Positions 25,659-38,866 of a stretch of 64,000 nucleotides of DNA are shown here, in pieces (the stretch's first letter is position 1; each line of letters starts with the position of its first letter). The notes beneath the pieces were generated by a model that saw only the letters and a list, made by a program, of their open reading frames with translations, was not told the DNA's origin and did not search any database. Source of the stretch: Octopus vulgaris (taxonomy: Eukaryota); assembly GCA_951406725.2 (NCBI GenBank), contig OX597822.1, forward strand, positions 65,286,001 through 65,350,000, written 5' to 3'. Both the position numbers and the translations under genes were made by a program.

Positions 25659-26213
25659 TTGGGTTGTCCGGAAAGTTCGTTCCGATTTTTAAAGGAAAGG
25701 AAAAGGTCAATAAATACTTGACATTCCATTTTTAATCAACCAAATATGAACCATTTTGTTGCATAATGCATCTCCATCTTCCCTTTAACTTGAAAATACC
25801 CACTTCCCAGAATTGAAGTGGTTTCAAGGCAAAGAATTCATCAAGGTATCTTATTACGTCATCCAAGGAATTGAAATTTTTACCATTAAGACTATTCTGC
25901 AGAGACCTGACTAAGTGGAAATCCGAAGGAGCAATATCTGGTGAATATGGAGGGTGGGGGTAACACATCCCAGCCGAGCTGCAGCAATTTTTGTCTGGTT
26001 CCCAAAGCATCAAGTGCCGAAACTGAACTTTTTTATCTTCCATTTTAAAGGGTTACAGAATTAACGCTGGTTATAGGAACATAAACCTTCTTCCACGAAA
26101 AGATAGCTTAAACTGTGTTCTAAATGGAACATATTTTATGGCCTCAACCATGTTCTAAAATAAGTCGAAAGGTAAGCTGCTATAAATCGGCACAAACTTT
26201 CCGGACAACCCAA
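25659..26213 (-). mobile_element. Internally deleted mariner transposon (555 bp) with TIRs and TA TSD
   Basis: ta|ttgggttgtccggaaagttcgttccgattt ... aaatcggcacaaactttccggacaacccaa|ta; encodes MEDKKVQFRHLML (N-terminus) and HPPYSPDIAPSDFHLVRSLQNSL (YSPDLAPSD motif). Confidence 0.93.
25732..26043 (-). pseudogene. Deleted mariner transposase (N-terminus joined to C-terminal region)
   Basis: 103-aa ORF lacking the HTH domains and the first two catalytic Asp residues. Confidence 0.85.
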
Positions 26214-26320
26214 TATTAACCAAACTAGCTATCTGCGTTCTATTTCTCTCTTGTGTTATCCTATGAATCTTCATGTCCCTTTTCCGATTCGGCTTTATGT
26301 GTCTGAATGTTCCTCTAGAT

Positions 26321-26632
26321 CAGGGGTCCATATAAGATTTTAGAGGACCCCGCAACTAAATAATAAATTGGGGAGCCACAGTCGTATTTTAAGGGCCTCT
26401 AAAAATAGTTTGTTTTATATGTATGTATTGGTATGTATTTTAAGAAACAACCAGTTCGTTTCTCTAACATTTCACATAGTTCAACTACACATGATAATGT
26501 GAAAAAAACAAAATAAGAATTTTAGAAGTTTCTATAAAACTAGCTTTGAAACCTCAAATGGTTGTGAGGGGTCTACCAGAATAGAATAGTTATCAAAGGG
26601 GCCCATAGGTAAAAGATGGTTGAGTACCTTAG
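26321..26632. mobile_element. hAT (Charlie-like) MITE with 8-bp TSD
   Basis: Flanks ctctagat (26313-26320) and ctctagac (26633-26640); ends caggggt... and ggttgagtaccttag; related to 41434, 41922 and 52723. Confidence 0.75.
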
Positions 26633-27288
26633 CTCTAGACTCTGCAACAAACCTTTTTACTAAATTATTCCAGACCTTTTTTTGCCTGCAGAAGTCATCG
26701 TACGGAAGTAAAAACTAAACATTACCTGCGTTGATCTCACTAGCCTTAAAGACATACATGTAGAATTCTTAAAATACTTTCCGTATGATATCAATCTGGG
26801 ACTTGCACAAATCGCATTCCTGAAGCCACCGTTGGTTATATATGAATTTGAAACATGGAAGAAGTCTTATCGAAAAAATACCAAAGGTAATATAGCAATT
26901 TGGAACATGTAAACGTTGTATCTTTCAAAATACCTTCAGTTGGATATCAATTTGAAATATTTACAGGTTGAATATTTTAACCAAAAGGAAAAACAGAAAA
27001 AAAACTCTTTTTATCTCTGCACAGCAATTTCTATATAGCAGCATCTTCCGAAGAGATAAAATAATTTTTAAAATATTTAGACAAGATAAGGAATTTAGAT
27101 GCACAGAAGACAGCATCTGTTTACAAACACCATTACGATGGTTCGAATATTAAAAAAAGTAAGTTCTGATATATTTTATAATGATAGAATGGCAGAAAGT
27201 ATTTAAGTGTAAAGTGGGAACTAGAATCGGTGGAACGTTGGATAAAATGAGTTCAATTATTCTATTTTCTTTTTATTGCTTTACCTGT

Positions 27289-27563
<275 letters not shown>

Positions 27564-27678
27564 GAATTAAATTAAATTAAAGGGTCTGATTAAATAAGTA
27601 TCAGGCTTCAAAATAATTACCGAGATCTATTAGTTCGAAGAAAATTCCTGAAGGCGGTGCCTCATTATTATTATTATT

Positions 27679-28056
27679 GAGTGAGAGAGCAGTGCATGCC
27701 ATCAAAGTGACACTGGGGTAAAATATACGAAGCCCAATATACCCATCATGACTACCCGTCTGATAAGGGTACACCAGGCACATGCATCACAACCATATGT
27801 GCGCGACATGGTGATCTCATATTAAGATAAACAGCACATGACCTTGCAGGTGGGGCCCAGTTAGAATTTTCTTCAGGTTGAGTAGCCCATCCCGCTCAAA
27901 AGGTCCCTGAATAAGGGTTGTTTAAGGATGTTGAAAGAACCACCCATGTTTCCAGAGGTGAATTATTCAAACCCCAAAGAATCCCTCTCAACACATGGCT
28001 ATGATGCTCCCCCACTACTTCTGCTCGTGATCAGAGATGCACATATCGTCAGCCAC
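27679..28056 (-). mobile_element. 378-bp non-coding insertion flanked on both sides by (TTA)n
   Basis: 'ttattattatt|gagtgagagagcag ... atcgtcagccac|tattattatta'; GC-richer than the flanks; orientation inferred from an (AAT)n tail. Confidence 0.5.
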
Positions 28057-28443
28057 TATTATTATTATTATTATTATTATCATCATCATCGCAAGGACAT
28101 AAACCGCTAAGTTACAAGGACATAAACACACCATCACTGATTGTCAATCGGTAGTGGGAGACAACCACAGACACGAAGAAACACACACTCACACAGACAC
28201 CCAAACACACAGACACACACACACACACACACATTTATAAGTATACGACTGGCTACTTTCAGTTTCCGTCAATCAAATCCACTCACAAGCATTTGGTCGG
28301 CCCGAGGCTAAAGTAGAAAACAACTGCTGAAGATGCCACGCAGTGGGACTAAACCCAGAACAATGTGGTTGGGAAGCAAACTTCTTATCACACTGCCAAA
28401 CCGGCAACGTTTTTGTAAGTTCTGACCTAAAATCCAAGACAAC

Positions 28444-28945
<502 letters not shown>

Positions 28946-29234
28946 ATGCCAATTCTTACTGCCTTTCGTGCTTATTGGGCTGAGCAATATGCACCAGTAA
29001 TGTACTGAGGATTTCAAGTAAGTCAACATAAAGCCGAACGGATTCACACCTAAGTTCACACCTATTTAACGGATTCACACCTAAGTTAGTAATAAAAGTT
29101 TCATGTTGATGCTGAAGAAGGGGATCCGGAAGAGATTGAACGGTCCAAAGAGGGGATCGGAGAAAGGGAAGAAAGCAGAGGAAAAGAAAGGGCATAAGGA
29201 ACAAGATGACAAGTATGATAATAGTCTTTTCTAC

Positions 29235-29593
29235 TGGAGACACAAGGTCTCAGATTTGGTGGGGGGGGGGGGGGCTCGTCGATTATATCGACCCTGAAAG
29301 GATGAAAGGCAAAGTCGACCTCGGCGGAATTTGAACTCAGAACGTAACGGCAGACGAAATACCGATATCTTTATTACCCACAAGGGGCTAAATATAGAGG
29401 GGACAAACAAGGACAGACATAAGTATTAAGTCGATTACATCGACCCCAGTGCGTAACTGGTATTTAGTTTATCGACCCCGAAAGGATGAAAGGTAAAGTC
29501 GACCTCGGCGGAATTTGAACTCAGAACGTAACGGCAGACGAAATACCGCTAAGCATTTCGCCCGGCGTGCTAACGTTTCTGCCAATTCGCCGC
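29235..29593 (-). mobile_element. SINE family B dimer
   Basis: Two 'gaaaggatgaaagg(c/t)aaagtcgacctcggcggaatttgaactcagaacg' bodies in tandem. Confidence 0.8.
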
Positions 29594-29714
29594 GTGATGA
29601 TAAGCTTTTCTAAAGATCTTTTAATAATCATTTGCTAGTGATCATAAAAAGCGACTGAGGGAAAATTGATAACTATTTCTAGCTAGTTGAAAATCTATGT
29701 AGACTACGCAGAGT

Positions 29715-30613
29715 CTTTTTCTTCTTCTTCTTCTTCTTCTTCTTCTTCTTCTTCTTCTTCTTCTTCTTCTTCTTCTTCATCTTCTTCTTCTTCTTCTTCA
29801 TCTTCTTCTTCTTCTTCTTCTTCTTCTTCCTCCTCCTTTCTTCTTCTTCTTCTTCTTCTTCTTCTTCTTCTTCTTCTTCTTCCTCCTCTTCTTCTTCTTC
29901 TTCTTCTTCTTCTTCCTCCTCTTCTTCTTCTGCTTCTTCTTTTTCTTCTTCTTCTTCTTCTTCTTCTTCTTCTTCTTCTTCCTCCTCCTCCTCTTCTTCT
30001 TCTTCTTCTTCTTCTTCTTCTTCTTCTTCTTCCTCCTCTTCTTCTTCTTCTTCTTCCTCCTCTTCTTCTTCTGCTTCTTCTTTTTCTTCTTCTTCTTCTT
30101 CTTCTTCTTCTTCTTCTGCTTCTTCTTTTCTTCTTCTTCTTCTTCTTCTTCTTCTTCTTCTTCTTCTTCTTCTTCTTCTTCTTCTTCTTCTTCCAATCAG
30201 GACTCGCGCCATTAGCCACAAACAATAATCTCTAATTCGAGCCTACTCTAAGCTACTAAGAATGCGTGTGGCAGCTTGAAGATCCACCCACCACACGCGA
30301 TAGACTGGCGGTTGTTGCACGGGCGCGAAAGCTACGTGTGTTATCCTCATTCCGTAAACGGTGACTTTTTAACAGGTGGAGACCTGAACCATCCTGGGGT
30401 ACAGAGGATTCGCAATCTAGACCAGGGTCTGAAATTTACCACGCCATAGTAAGTTATACCATGGTTCCTCTGCTTTGTGGCAGAAGCAGGAAGAAAGAGT
30501 GAGAGAAAGTTGTGATGTAAGAGTACAGCAGGGTTCACACCCCTACCGCCGGGGCCATTACGCTATTACGATCGCGAGTCCGCTGCCCTAATCACTGGGC
30601 CATTGCGCCTCCA
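29715..30613 (-). mobile_element. tRNA-headed SINE (C2) with expanded (GAA)n tail; body 30194-30613, tail 29715-30193
   Basis: Head tggaggcgcaatggcccagtg...; body closely matches 45321-45802; 3' end 'gagtcctgattg(gaa)n'. Confidence 0.85.
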
Positions 30614-30614
30614 G

Positions 30615-31149
<535 letters not shown>

Positions 31150-31431
31150 ATACTTTCCCTCCCCCCTAATTGATTCGAGATCCAGCTGGAATTTTGTCTA
31201 AGATTACTGCTGAGCTAATTGACGACTCAGTCTTAAGAATATACCAATTTGTTCATTACGTCAAACATAAGTAAAACATTGCCGTACATTAGTCTTGTGA
31301 GAGTATCATTTACTTAAAACCAACATTCAACCGATCATGTTGCAGAAAACATACTTAGACAATTTATTAAAAAAAAATCAAATAATGTTATCTGATTTTG
31401 TACCAAAGAACTAAAAATATTTGTACAATGT

Positions 31432-31805
31432 TATATTCTGTTGTGTCTGGGGAGAGTCAGTTTCTTTTTGTGCCTTATAATTTAACACACTCACCGATAA
31501 AATTTCCACTAATTTCCTATATTTATTTTCCTAAAATTTTCGTTGCGGCTTTCAACCTTTTCAATAGTCTTATACTGTTGTGTCTGAGGAGAGTGATTTT
31601 CTTTTTGTGCCTTATAATTTAACACCCCCACCACCATTAAAAAAAAATTAATAAAATTTTTTAATAAAAAATTTAAAAACTAAAAATAAGGAATAAGTGG
31701 AAATTTTACCGGTGAAAATAAGGAATAAGTGGAAATTTTACCGGTGAGTGTGTTAAATTATAAGGCACAAAAAGAAAATGACTCTTCCCACACACAACAG
31801 AATAT
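31432..31805. repeat. Tandem plus inverted arrangement of a ~60-90-bp unit
   Basis: 'ctgttgtgtctg(g/a)ggagagt...tttttgtgccttataatttaacac' at ~31438 and ~31575; inverted copy at ~31725-31805. Confidence 0.8.
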
Positions 31806-31892
31806 GCTTCAACACACGAACTCATATAAAGAATCTTGCAAACCAAATCCGAAAACGAAATACAATGCTATACGTCTTATAGAAAAGCACAT

Positions 31893-32284
31893 GGTTGATG
31901 GAAGCACTCCGTCGGTTACGACGACGAGGGTTCCGGTTGATCCGAATTAACGGAACAGCCTACTCGTGAATTTAACGTGTAAGTGGCTGAGCACTCCACA
32001 GACACGTGTACCCTTAACGTAGTTCTCGGGGATATTCAGCGTGACACAGAAGAGTGACAAGGCAGGCCCTTTGAAATACAGGTACAACAGAAACAGGAAG
32101 TAAGAGTGAGAGAAAGTTGTGGTGAAAGAGTACAGCAGGGATCACCACCATCCCCTGCCGGAGCCTCGTGGAGCTTTAGGTGTTTTCGCTCAATAAACAC
32201 TCACAACGTCCGGTCTAGGAATCGAAACCGCGATCCTATGACCGCGAGCCCGCTGCCCTAACCACTGGGCCATTGCGCCTCCAC
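31893..32284 (-). mobile_element. tRNA-headed SINE (C1), full length, 12-bp TSD
   Basis: TSD agaaaagcacat at 31881-31892 and 32285-32296; A box tggcccagtggt and B box ggtttcgattcc on the minus strand. Confidence 0.9.
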
Positions 32285-32724
32285 AGAAAAGCACATAAGC
32301 AATTAGAAACCAAAAAAGAAAAAGAAAAATAAACGAAAATATCTGGCACTCCGTCGGTTACGACGATGAATATCCCAGTTGATCCGTTCAACGGAACAGT
32401 CTACTTGTGAAATTAATATTTAACGTACAAGGGGCCTAAGCGCTCCACAGAGGTGCGCAATTTGAGCGTAGTTTTCACGGAGATTCAGCGCGACTAATTT
32501 TTGTCAGCTACGTGAATTGGAACAACATGAATTAAAGAGACTTGCCCAAGAGCACAATGCACCGGGAATAGAACCACCCGACCCTACCGAATACCCGTAA
32601 CCACTAAGCCATGCGCCTTGACAGCTTAACAGGCTTCAGTTTTTTATGGTATCATATTATATTTTATAACTACTAGAAAGATACGTGATGAATCCAACCT
32701 TGGTGGAAAATGAACTCAAAGCGT

Positions 32725-32921
32725 AACTCTTTTACTCTCTTTTAATTGTTTCAGTCATTTGACTTCGGCCATGCTGGAGCACCTCCTTTAGTCGAGCAAA
32801 TCGATCCCAGGACTTTTCCTTATAAGTCTAGTACTTATTCTATAGGCCTCTTTTACCGAACCGCTAAGTTACGGGGTCGTAAACACACCAGCATCGGTTG
32901 CCAAGCGATGTTGGGGGACAA

Positions 32922-32978
<57 letters not shown>

Positions 32979-33153
32979 CATATATATACACGACGGATTT
33001 TTTTCAGTTTCCGTCTACCAAATCCACTCACAAGGCTTTGGTTGACCCGAGGCCATATTAGAAGACACTTGCGCAAGGTGCCACGCAGTGGGACTGAACC
33101 TGGAACCATGTCGTTTGTAAGTAAGCTTCTTACCATACAGCCACTCCTGCACC
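32725..33153 (-). mobile_element. SINE family A, full length
   Basis: Family A match with reiterated 'actctttt' tail. Confidence 0.85.
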
Positions 33154-33272
33154 TAAGTTGATCTCGGCCGAATTTGAATTCCAAATGTGAAAACGGACGA
33201 AATACCGCTATGCATTTTGCCCGGCGTGCTAACGATTCTGCCGAAAGTAAACAATTTTTTTAAAACTGTCAG

Positions 33273-33329
<57 letters not shown>

Positions 33330-33474
33330 TGTGCGTGTGTGTGTGTTTGTGTGCATACATATATGCATGCATTCACAATTTGATTGAAACTTGTCTCACT
33401 CGAAACCGTAAATGCGATAAACTTGTGATTGTCCCACTGGAAACTTTTAAGCAACGACTCCATTGTTCACAAAA

Positions 33475-33976
33475 TCTTTATATATAAAACTGTAGTTGTG
33501 TGAGTGTCTGTCCCCTTCGATTTAGATTCCTAACTCCTCCCACATTTTGCGGTGTAGTTTAACCAAATTCTGTTATCTTATAGTCGTGATTAATATCGAG
33601 CCCGTCTGGCTATTAGCGCGCGTCTACGATGAGTCTACGATTTAAAAAATAATTTAACATCATTTTTTATTCCATTTTAATGCATAATATTTCGTGTGTC
33701 GATGGCGGTGGAGTTGGCGTCCACGCTCAAATACCTGCACCTGTGTTTGCTTCTCCCCCTTCTTCCCTCCCTCGTGAAGCTGTGGGGAAGGGAGTTTAAG
33801 GAAATCAACGTCGTAATGCGTTGTCAAAGAGACCAGCGTTCTTCATGGCTTGAAGTCGCCAAAACAGAAATGGCTAAGAAAGCCCGAATTGGCATCTATA
33901 AGGAAAGTAACTCTCTAAAAATGCTTATATAGTTATTTCCCTTACAAACCCGAGCAACGCCGGGCGATACTGCTAG
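33475..33976 (+). mobile_element. Complete non-autonomous Helitron (502 bp)
   Basis: a|TCtttatatataaaa at the 5' end; subterminal hairpin cccgagcaacgccggg; CTAG|t at the 3' end; inserted between A and T with no TSD. Confidence 0.85.
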
Positions 33977-33993
33977 TACTCTATAAATATGCA

Positions 33994-34480
33994 TCTTAAT
34001 ATATATATATTTCTTTACTACCCACAAGGGGCTAAACACAGAGGGGACAAACAAGGACAGACAAAGGGATTAAGTCGATTCTATCGACCCCAATGCGTAA
34101 CTGGTACTTAATTTATCGACCCCGAAAGGATGAACGGCAAAGTCGACCTCGGCGGAATTTGAACTCAGAACGTAACGGCAGACGAAATACGGCTACGCAT
34201 TTCGCCCGGCGTGCTAACGATTCTGCCAGCTCGCCGCCTTGCATCTTTATATATATAAAACTGAGAATGTGTGTGTGTCTGTCTGTCTTTCTGTGTGTTT
34301 CCCTAAAACTTGAGAACTACACAACCAATTTCATTCAAATTTTACACATGTCTTACTTAGAGTTGAACTTTTTGCCTAGGGCGAGCCCACAGCAATATCA
34401 TATCTTCCCCACTACGATTCCCTAAAACTTGAGAACTACACAACCGATTCCATTCAAATTTTACACATGCCTTACAAATC
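33994..34480 (+). mobile_element. Second Helitron 5' portion, interrupted by a SINE B copy (~34010-34240, minus)
   Basis: 'tgcatctt(a/t)atatatata' on both sides of the SINE (TSD); continues 'aaactgagaatgtgtgtgtgtctgtc'; ~58-bp internal duplication; no 3' end seen. Confidence 0.6.
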
Positions 34481-36014
34481 TCAGCTATTTCCTTGAGTAA
34501 TGGATGTCCGCAATAGTTCGTTCTAATTTTCATTCTATTTCAAGCTGTTACAATGGCTGCTAGATTAAGGCTCGTTGAATCTGGAAGCTTAATTGTTTCC
34601 CTATTGTAAAATTGATTTCCATAACAACACATGTTCGAAACAAGTGTTGCTATGAAATTCATTTATAGTGTATTGTATATGGAAATTTCCCGCTTCCTAT
34701 ATTTTTCCTATTATTAAAAGTTGTCTAATTACTAAAGATAAATTCTTTCCTACGGAAATTTATATCAGCAGATTCTCGTATAAGTTATAGTAGTGGTAGT
34801 CCTCTGCTAGGATTGAATACACACATACATAGACACACATACACCCCCACTTACATATCTATATATATATACATAAATATAGCAGAAACAGCTGTAAATC
34901 AATGATGGTGATGATATAATTCCTGTTCTTTAGACATACATTGAATAATATTACGCTTTGTACTCACATTTTTTATTCTCAAGCTATGTATACCGATTTC
35001 TAACAACTATTTATTAGTATCACTACGCTTGATCGGAATCTTAATATACGTGTATGTATGTATATACGTGTGGTTGGGTATTTATATATATATTTTTATA
35101 CGTATGTATATATGTGGTTATAAATATAAACTTATATGTATACGCACATATACAGACAATCACACTCAGAAGTGGAGATTTATATGATTTTTTTTTTTAT
35201 CCAAGCAAAATGTTTGCACCAAAAATATCGAACGCGATACATATCGGATTTAATATAAATTTCGGTTTATCTTCCATTTGAGTGCTTAAATTTCAACCAG
35301 TACTGAATATCTGTCTCTTCATTAAGTGAAAAACATCTGCTCAGCTCATACAGCTATTTGTTCGTTTTGAAACGGGTATTGCTAAGCTTAGATATCCCAA
35401 TATTTCGAATGTATTATTTTTGCTTGTATAAAAGTACATAGTTATTCATCACCAAGCAGCTAGTATCGATTACAGAGATTTATCATACACTTAACGTAAG
35501 TTATATCAAAGTGTATGAAGATATACCTACTTTATGAAATAGTCATCAATTTTTGTATCTCTATTTGTGTATGTGAGTATTTGTGTGTGTGTGTTTGGGG
35601 GTGTTTGAATGTGAGTTAGTGCCTGAGTGTGTGTTTGTGCTTGTGTGTTTATGTGTGTGTGTGTGCTTGTGTGTGCGTGTTTGTGTGTATAAGCTTGTGT
35701 CTTGTGTGCAGATACTCATTTCCCATATGCTGATGATCCAACGAAGGACTTTACACTTGGTGTAATAATCTGCTAAAATTATCAGCCAACCCTTACTCAG
35801 ATCTCTCACTTTTCCCTCAGAAATGAAAAGGATACATTTTATAATGTAGTTCTGCCTCAGATTTAGGGATGAGTTTGTCACAATCAGAATGACATTGATA
35901 GGAGGTCTATCCGGTCAAGAATGACGTTGGATTAAACAACAGCAGCGCTAACATATCTTTAGAGTCAATCTGTAACTATGGTTAGGTCTGTCCTGAGCCC
36001 TAGGACTTATAGCG

Positions 36015-36368
36015 TAAAGAGTAAAGACATCCTTCTGTCATTAATGATCATGGGATTAAAACTGCATCTAGAAAGTTTCCCTCCGAGACACATGTCCGGG
36101 CAAGGATGTTTATGGAAGACCAGCAGTCACCCATGCATAACAGCCTCCTTTCTCCACGCTACCGATGTTCTCCAAAGGAAAGGCAAAGACCAATACAGCT
36201 TGGCACCAGTGATGTCGCAACTTATTTCTACAGCTGAGTGAACTGGAATAACGTGAAAATAAAGTGTCTTGCTCAACAACACAACAAACAACTCGGTCTG
36301 GGAATCGAACTCACTACCTCATGGTTGTGAATCCGACGCTCCAACCACTGAACCATGGGCCTTCACTA
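36015..36368 (-). mobile_element. tRNA-derived SINE (family D)
   Basis: Minus-strand head 'tggttcagtggttggagcgtcgg...gagttcgattccc' followed by 'gagcaagacactttattttcacgtt...ttcactcagctgtag'. Confidence 0.75.
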
Positions 36369-37043
36369 TGACTTAAAAGGCCGGGGTTTAAACCGTTTCT
36401 TGGCGTATAAATGACAGATTACCTACCTCACGCTCCTGAAGAGGACAGCACTACGTCGCAAGGCTAAGGTTCCAGCCATTACTGAAACTCATTTGCAGTT
36501 GAGTGAAATGAAGTGTTTTGCTCAAGAACACAATGCTCCACTTGGTCCGGTGATCGAAATTATGATCTTATGATCGTGGGCGAAATTTTCTAAACATTAG
36601 GACATGCATCGACAATGTAACAACGGTTTTTGCCGGATTATCACTTGAATCGAATTTGCAAATCGACTGGAACATATAACAATTGGTATTCATGCTAAAA
36701 TGAATGTAGCCAGATTTGAAATCGGAACCCACATTTCATGTCGATTTTCATGTATTAGAAACAAGTTGTACGATCAACTGAACAACAAACTGATTGAAGT
36801 TGTACACAAAGCGGCTGAGTGTTCCGCACATAAGTGTATACTTAACGTAACACAGAAACAACATCAACATATGTACGAGCAACCTGGACATTTGAAAATA
36901 CAGTTTTATGGTAGAATATCTCCATCTTTGTAAATTTCATTCAAAAGACTTCATTCAACATGAGGCTATAGTAAGAGAAATTGTTTTAAGCACATGGCGA
37001 GGCCCGCGTCCGAATACCTCACAATATACTCTTAGTATTACAA

Positions 37044-38106
37044 GGCGGCGAGCTGGTAGAAACGTTAGCACGCCGGGCGAAATGCTTTGTGGTATTTCGT
37101 CCACCGCTGCGTTCTGAGTTCAAATTCCGCCGAGGTCGACTTTGCCTTTCATTCTTTCGGGGTCTATTAAATAAGTACCAGTTACGCACTGGAGTCGATA
37201 TAACAGCCTTAATCCGCTTGTCTGTCCTTGTTTGTCTCCTGTGTTTAGCTCCTTGTGGGTAGTAAAGAAATAGGTATTTCGTCTGCCGTTACGTTCTGAG
37301 CTCAAATTTCGCCATGGTCGACTTTGCCTTTCATTCTTTCGGGGTCGATTAAGTAAGTATCAGTTACGCACTGGGTATGGTGTAATCGACTTAATTCCTT
37401 TGTCTGTCCTTTTCTGTCCCCCTCTATGTTTAGCACCCCACCCCACGTGGGCAATAAAGAAATAAATATATTTAGTTCTACATGCGGTGAGCTGGCGGAA
37501 ACGCTAGCATGCCGGGCGTAATGCTTAGCGGTATTTCGTCTGCCGCTACGTTCTGAGTTCAAATTCCGCCGAGGTCGACTTTGCATTTCATCCTTTCGAG
37601 GTCGATTAAATAAGTACCAGTTACGCACTGGGGTCGATATAATCGACTTAATCCGTTTGTCTGTCCTTGTTTGTCTTCTCTGTGTTTAGCCCTTTGTGGG
37701 TAGTAAAGAAATAGGTATTTCGTCTGCCGTTACGTTCTGAGTTCAAATTCCATCGAGGTCGACTTTGCCTTTCATCCTTTCGGGGTTGATTAAATTAGTA
37801 TCTGTTACGCACTGGGGTCGCTGTAATCGACTAAATCCCTTTGTCTGTCCTTGTTTGTCCCCTCTATGTTTAGCCCCTTGTGAGCAATAAAGAAATAAGA
37901 AACGTTAGCTCGCCGTGCGAAATGCTTAGCGGTATTTCGTCTGTCTTATGCTCTGAGCTCAAATTCCGCTGAAGTCAGCTTTGCCTTCATTCCTTTCGGG
38001 GTCGATAAATTGAATACCAGTTGCATACTGGTGTCGAACTAATCAACTGCCCCCCCCCCCCCACGCTCCAGCAAAAATTTCGGGCGTTGTGCCTAGAGTA
38101 GAAAAG
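37044..38106 (+). mobile_element. Array of five SINE B units: dimer 37044-37464 and trimer 37484-38106 with a 19-bp flanking direct repeat
   Basis: aatatatttagttctacat at 37465-37483 and 38107-38125; junctions 'aaagaaata|ggtatttcg' and 'aaagaaata|agaaacgttagc'. Confidence 0.9.
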
Positions 38107-38796
38107 AATATATTTAGTTCTACATTCTAACCTATATCAGTACCAATTACAATCAACTACAGTTGTACTACACTGACCTTGGCAGATACCTATGCATTCT
38201 GCAGTAAAGTCCTGTCGATTAGTTCGACCTTTGTATATTACTGATACTTATTCTATCGGCCCTGAAATGACGAAATATAATTTCGACTCAGGCAGTATTC
38301 AATCATAATACACGTAAGGCTTTGTTAATAAACGCTACAAGACATGTTCTTCGACGTTCTATACTTTCAGTCGATCCATCGCTTCCAGTGTTTCGTATAA
38401 TATATTATACATTGGATGTTAGAATGAATCTAAGTTATTAAGCATTCCGTGACATTTAATCTACGCTAGCAGAATCCATTAGAAAAACAAGCTATACCAC
38501 GTCGTAATTTGATCCCTACGCATGAAATTATAATGCGCAATGTATTTCTTATAGCATCTAATCTTCTGAAACCTCTGGAATTCTACTTGCCCGCAGAAAC
38601 GAAGTTTGCGGAGGTGACAAAATAAAATAAAAATAAAGTCAATAAATAAATAAATAAAACGAAGATTCTCTATTCAAAAAGCTTTTGAACTGTTGTATTA
38701 TTTCGGTCTTTCTGACTTCTGGGTTGTACTTTCAATTAGATACCGAAATAATTGCATATGTTTTGCGCAGAACTGAAAAGAAATAAATGATAGACT

Positions 38797-38866
<70 letters not shown>
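38797..38866. repeat. (GATA)n microsatellite
   Basis: Directly visible. Confidence 0.95.

Noticed and set aside
29679-30235. Poly-E/K/R/S ORFs
   Set aside because: Frames of the (GAA)n SINE tail.
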